From contig OZ336871.1 of NCBI GenBank assembly GCA_965287045.1, positions 66,278,001 to 66,342,000 on the forward strand: a stretch of 64,000 nucleotides of DNA, in the 5' to 3' direction. This document shows, in pieces, positions 61,182 to 64,000 of this stretch. The notes below the pieces were generated by a model, which saw only the letters and a list, made by a program, of their open reading frames with translations, searched no databases and had not been told where the DNA came from. The first letter of the stretch is position 1; each line of letters starts with the position of its first letter. This stretch comes from Carcharhinus amblyrhynchos. Its lineage: Eukaryota. The position numbers and the translations under genes were made by a program.

Positions 61182-63554
61182 AAAGGTTTCAGTACTTGCT
61201 TCAATATGTCCACAGATTCTTCAGTTAATGTAGGGACATGCCAATTTCTTTCAGGCACATCAGGGGTCCAATCAATCAGCAAGGTGCAGTGGGAATCTGG
61301 GATCAGCATCTCCAAACTCACTCTATTTGCTCAGGATTCCTGGAACTGTTTAGTGAAGGTGGAGATCTGATGTAATGGGTCCGCAGCGGCTGTCAGTATT
61401 GCTTTTTCTACTTTGCTTGACACACCTAGTCTTTCGGGCAGGTGAGAAGTAGTGCGTTATGGCCTTCAGTTCCTTATGGATGAGCCTTCTTTCCCTGAGT
61501 CCGTGCAGAAATATTTCCAGGCTCACAGGCAAATCACATTTGGTTTTCTCACTCAGGAATGTCCAAATTGAAAGTAATTTAGTGAATAATCAGCTAGTTT
61601 TGCCTTGTTAGTGCTATTTCAGGTGTTTAATTGACTTCTGAATGCAGCTCACAACTGATTTATAGGATGCTGCTGTTTCCCTTTCAATGGCTGACTGATT
61701 GTACAGAATAGAATTCCAACAGTTCTGTTCACAGGGTGAAACCAATGTTGTGGGTGAAACAGCAGGACAACATTCTTCCTGAAATTTCAAGGAGACCACA
61801 GCTTTCCCACAATTAGCAGCAATTTTCAGCTATATAGTCGAATAATTGCTGGTCCGAGACATTTAAAGTCCTTTATTTTTAACCTTTATTTGCAATGTTC
61901 TATTATATTATTTCAGTATGCTTGCCTGCTATGAGTGGATGGTAAAATCTGTGGCTGTAGAGGACATGTGGGTTTTTCAAACACTGAGGGATATTGCTCT
62001 GCTGTGGTTATGGGACAAGTGTTTCTTCCATGGGTGCAATAGGTAAAATTGTTCTCACATTTCTTTGCAAGTTATTTAACAGATGTAAAATCGCCAATGA
62101 ATCAATGAAGTCAATTAACTATTACTAGAATAGAGTCTATGAGGCCCCCAAACTATGAGGATGGGTTATATAAAAAGTGACTTAAAACTTCCCCTGCACA
62201 GTAAGGTAAACAGCACTTGTCTCACTGTCCTGCAAACCTATGCAGTAATTATTTTAAATCACTCTGTAACCAGTCTGAAGCATTTCAAACATTTCCCGGT
62301 CCAGATAGCTGATAGCAAGAAGTATGCCTTTGAGGTCTTCAGAGGAGGTCTTCAGGTCCTCAGCTTGAAGAAAAAATAGGGGCAAAACAGGGCAAAATGG
62401 GGGAGGGGTGGGGGGGATGGTGCTGTTCAACTTTTCAGTGCAGTGAGATAGCTTGAGAGGTCGGGCTGCATGATTTAACTTAAGACCTGTATCGTGGGAT
62501 GCAGGGAGCAGTATTCCTGATTCATGAACAGCTGGCTGTAACAATCAATGAGGCACTGGCCTGTGGCTCATCAAACTGCCATCCTTGCGCCACACCACAA
62601 GTAGCTGCACAATCCCAGACAGCTGGTAGACAGTGCAAGGATGGGGGAAGTTGGTAGAAGAGCTAAAATGGGCACAGGATGGGGTGGGCATCAATGTGCC
62701 ATGAGACAGGAAGTGGAATTTTCTGCTTGTCTCTTCTCCCTTCGCTTGCTGCTCCTTAACATTGAATCAGGGTGTGCAGTGCTGGCAGGGTGTGGGGAGA
62801 AGCTGCAAAGCTAGAAGACAGTTGTTAAAGTTTAGTACTTTTTTTTGTACAATATTTGAATTTTGTAATATTTTGTGTTCTTGTTCATGTTCAAATATTA
62901 GCATTTAATAGAGTCTGCACAATTTTCAAACACTATTATTTAACCTTGATAACTGCCACGTTAAAGTTTTGTATTTATACAAAACAATTGCATTTTGAAA
63001 ACTGCAGAAGAATTTTAATTTTCCACATATAATTCTTGTAACAAATATCTCTTTTGAATTTGAACAGATCTGATTTTAAGTCTACCTGCTCACCGACCCA
63101 TGGGGAAGAAGGCTCATTATGTGAAAAATGTTTTTTCAGTGTGATTTCCAGATTGAATCTCCCACACTCTGAGCACTGCAGAGACCCCTAGCAGGATTCT
63201 CTCTGAAAATCTGGGGGTGGAGTCTTCCTGCGCTGAGCGGGACACTGCACATGTGCCAATCTGTCAGAGCAGAGATCGGCCCGCACTGCCGGCCTCCTGA
63301 TCATTGGCTAGCCTGATTGCTGGCCAGCCCTGCAACCCCCCATCGCTGTCCCTTTGACTGTCCCCCCACCCACTAATCACTAGCTTCCTGGACCTCTCTG
63401 GCTAGCCCAATGGGTTAAAATTTGCGAGAATACTCCCTTGCATGCATTACTATAGCAGAGCTCTGCAATGAACCAAAAGACAAATACTTAACATTTCTTC
63501 CCCATTAAGTTTGAACACCCCAAAGCATGAACAATCATCAGGGTTAGTCATTAG

Positions 63555-63875
63555 AGTTATAGAGCATAGAGGTTTACAGCATGGAAATAGGCTCAACTTG
63601 TCCATGCTGCCCTTTTTTTCCAACCCCTAAACTAATCCCAATTGCCCACATTTGGTCCATATCCCTCTATACCCATCTTACCCATGTAACTGTCTAAATG
63701 CTTTTTAAATTGTACCTGCCTCTACAACTGTATCTAGCAGCTCGTTCCAGACACTCACCACCCTCTGTGTGAAAAAATTGCCCCCCTGGACCTTTTTGCA
63801 CATCTCCCCTCTCACCTTAAACCCATGCCCTCTAGTTTTAGATTCCCCTATCTTTGGGAAAAGATATTGACTGTT
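63555..63875 (-). mobile_element. CR1 3' end
   Basis: ORF 63705-63908 LFPKIGESKTRGHGFKVRGE..FFTQRVVSVWNEL; same subfamily as 2166. Confidence 0.9.
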
Positions 63876-64000
63876 GATAACTGCAAATTCAGATGGTCTG
63901 GAGGTCATTATCCACAGAACAATTGATGGTGAACTTCTGGTGTTTTTCTCTTCACACTGGCAGGACTTCCACCCTTTTCATCTTCACACTGGCATCAGCG

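Overview
Repeat-dense, gene-poor vertebrate DNA, almost certainly from a cartilaginous fish (shark). It carries HE1-type V-SINEs, a Deu-SINE, many CR1, L2 and Rex1/Babar LINE fragments, Penelope-type inverted-repeat remnants, GGGC-ended MITEs and a small Gypsy-like LTR element. No host protein-coding exon could be identified, so the window is intronic or intergenic; most short ORFs are TE fragments or noise. The main feature is a young, full-length CR1-clade LINE on the minus strand (~33719-38344) with five notable properties. (i) ORF1 ends on a U-UUA-AAC slippery heptamer whose -1 frame runs into an AUG-less ORF2, with a G-quadruplex-like tract 5 nt downstream (candidate programmed -1 frameshift). 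(ii) The SGNH esterase domain of ORF1 has lost all catalytic residues. (iii) The 3' UTR is a captured, degenerate V-SINE. (iv) The 5' UTR has ETS and TATA motifs and two splice donors, and the 3' UTR has a strong acceptor, so splicing could remove both ORFs and yield a SINE-like RNA. (v) The element sits inside a diverged U2 snRNA-derived sequence. Family names come from recalled motifs, not database searches, and boundaries of old fragments are approximate.
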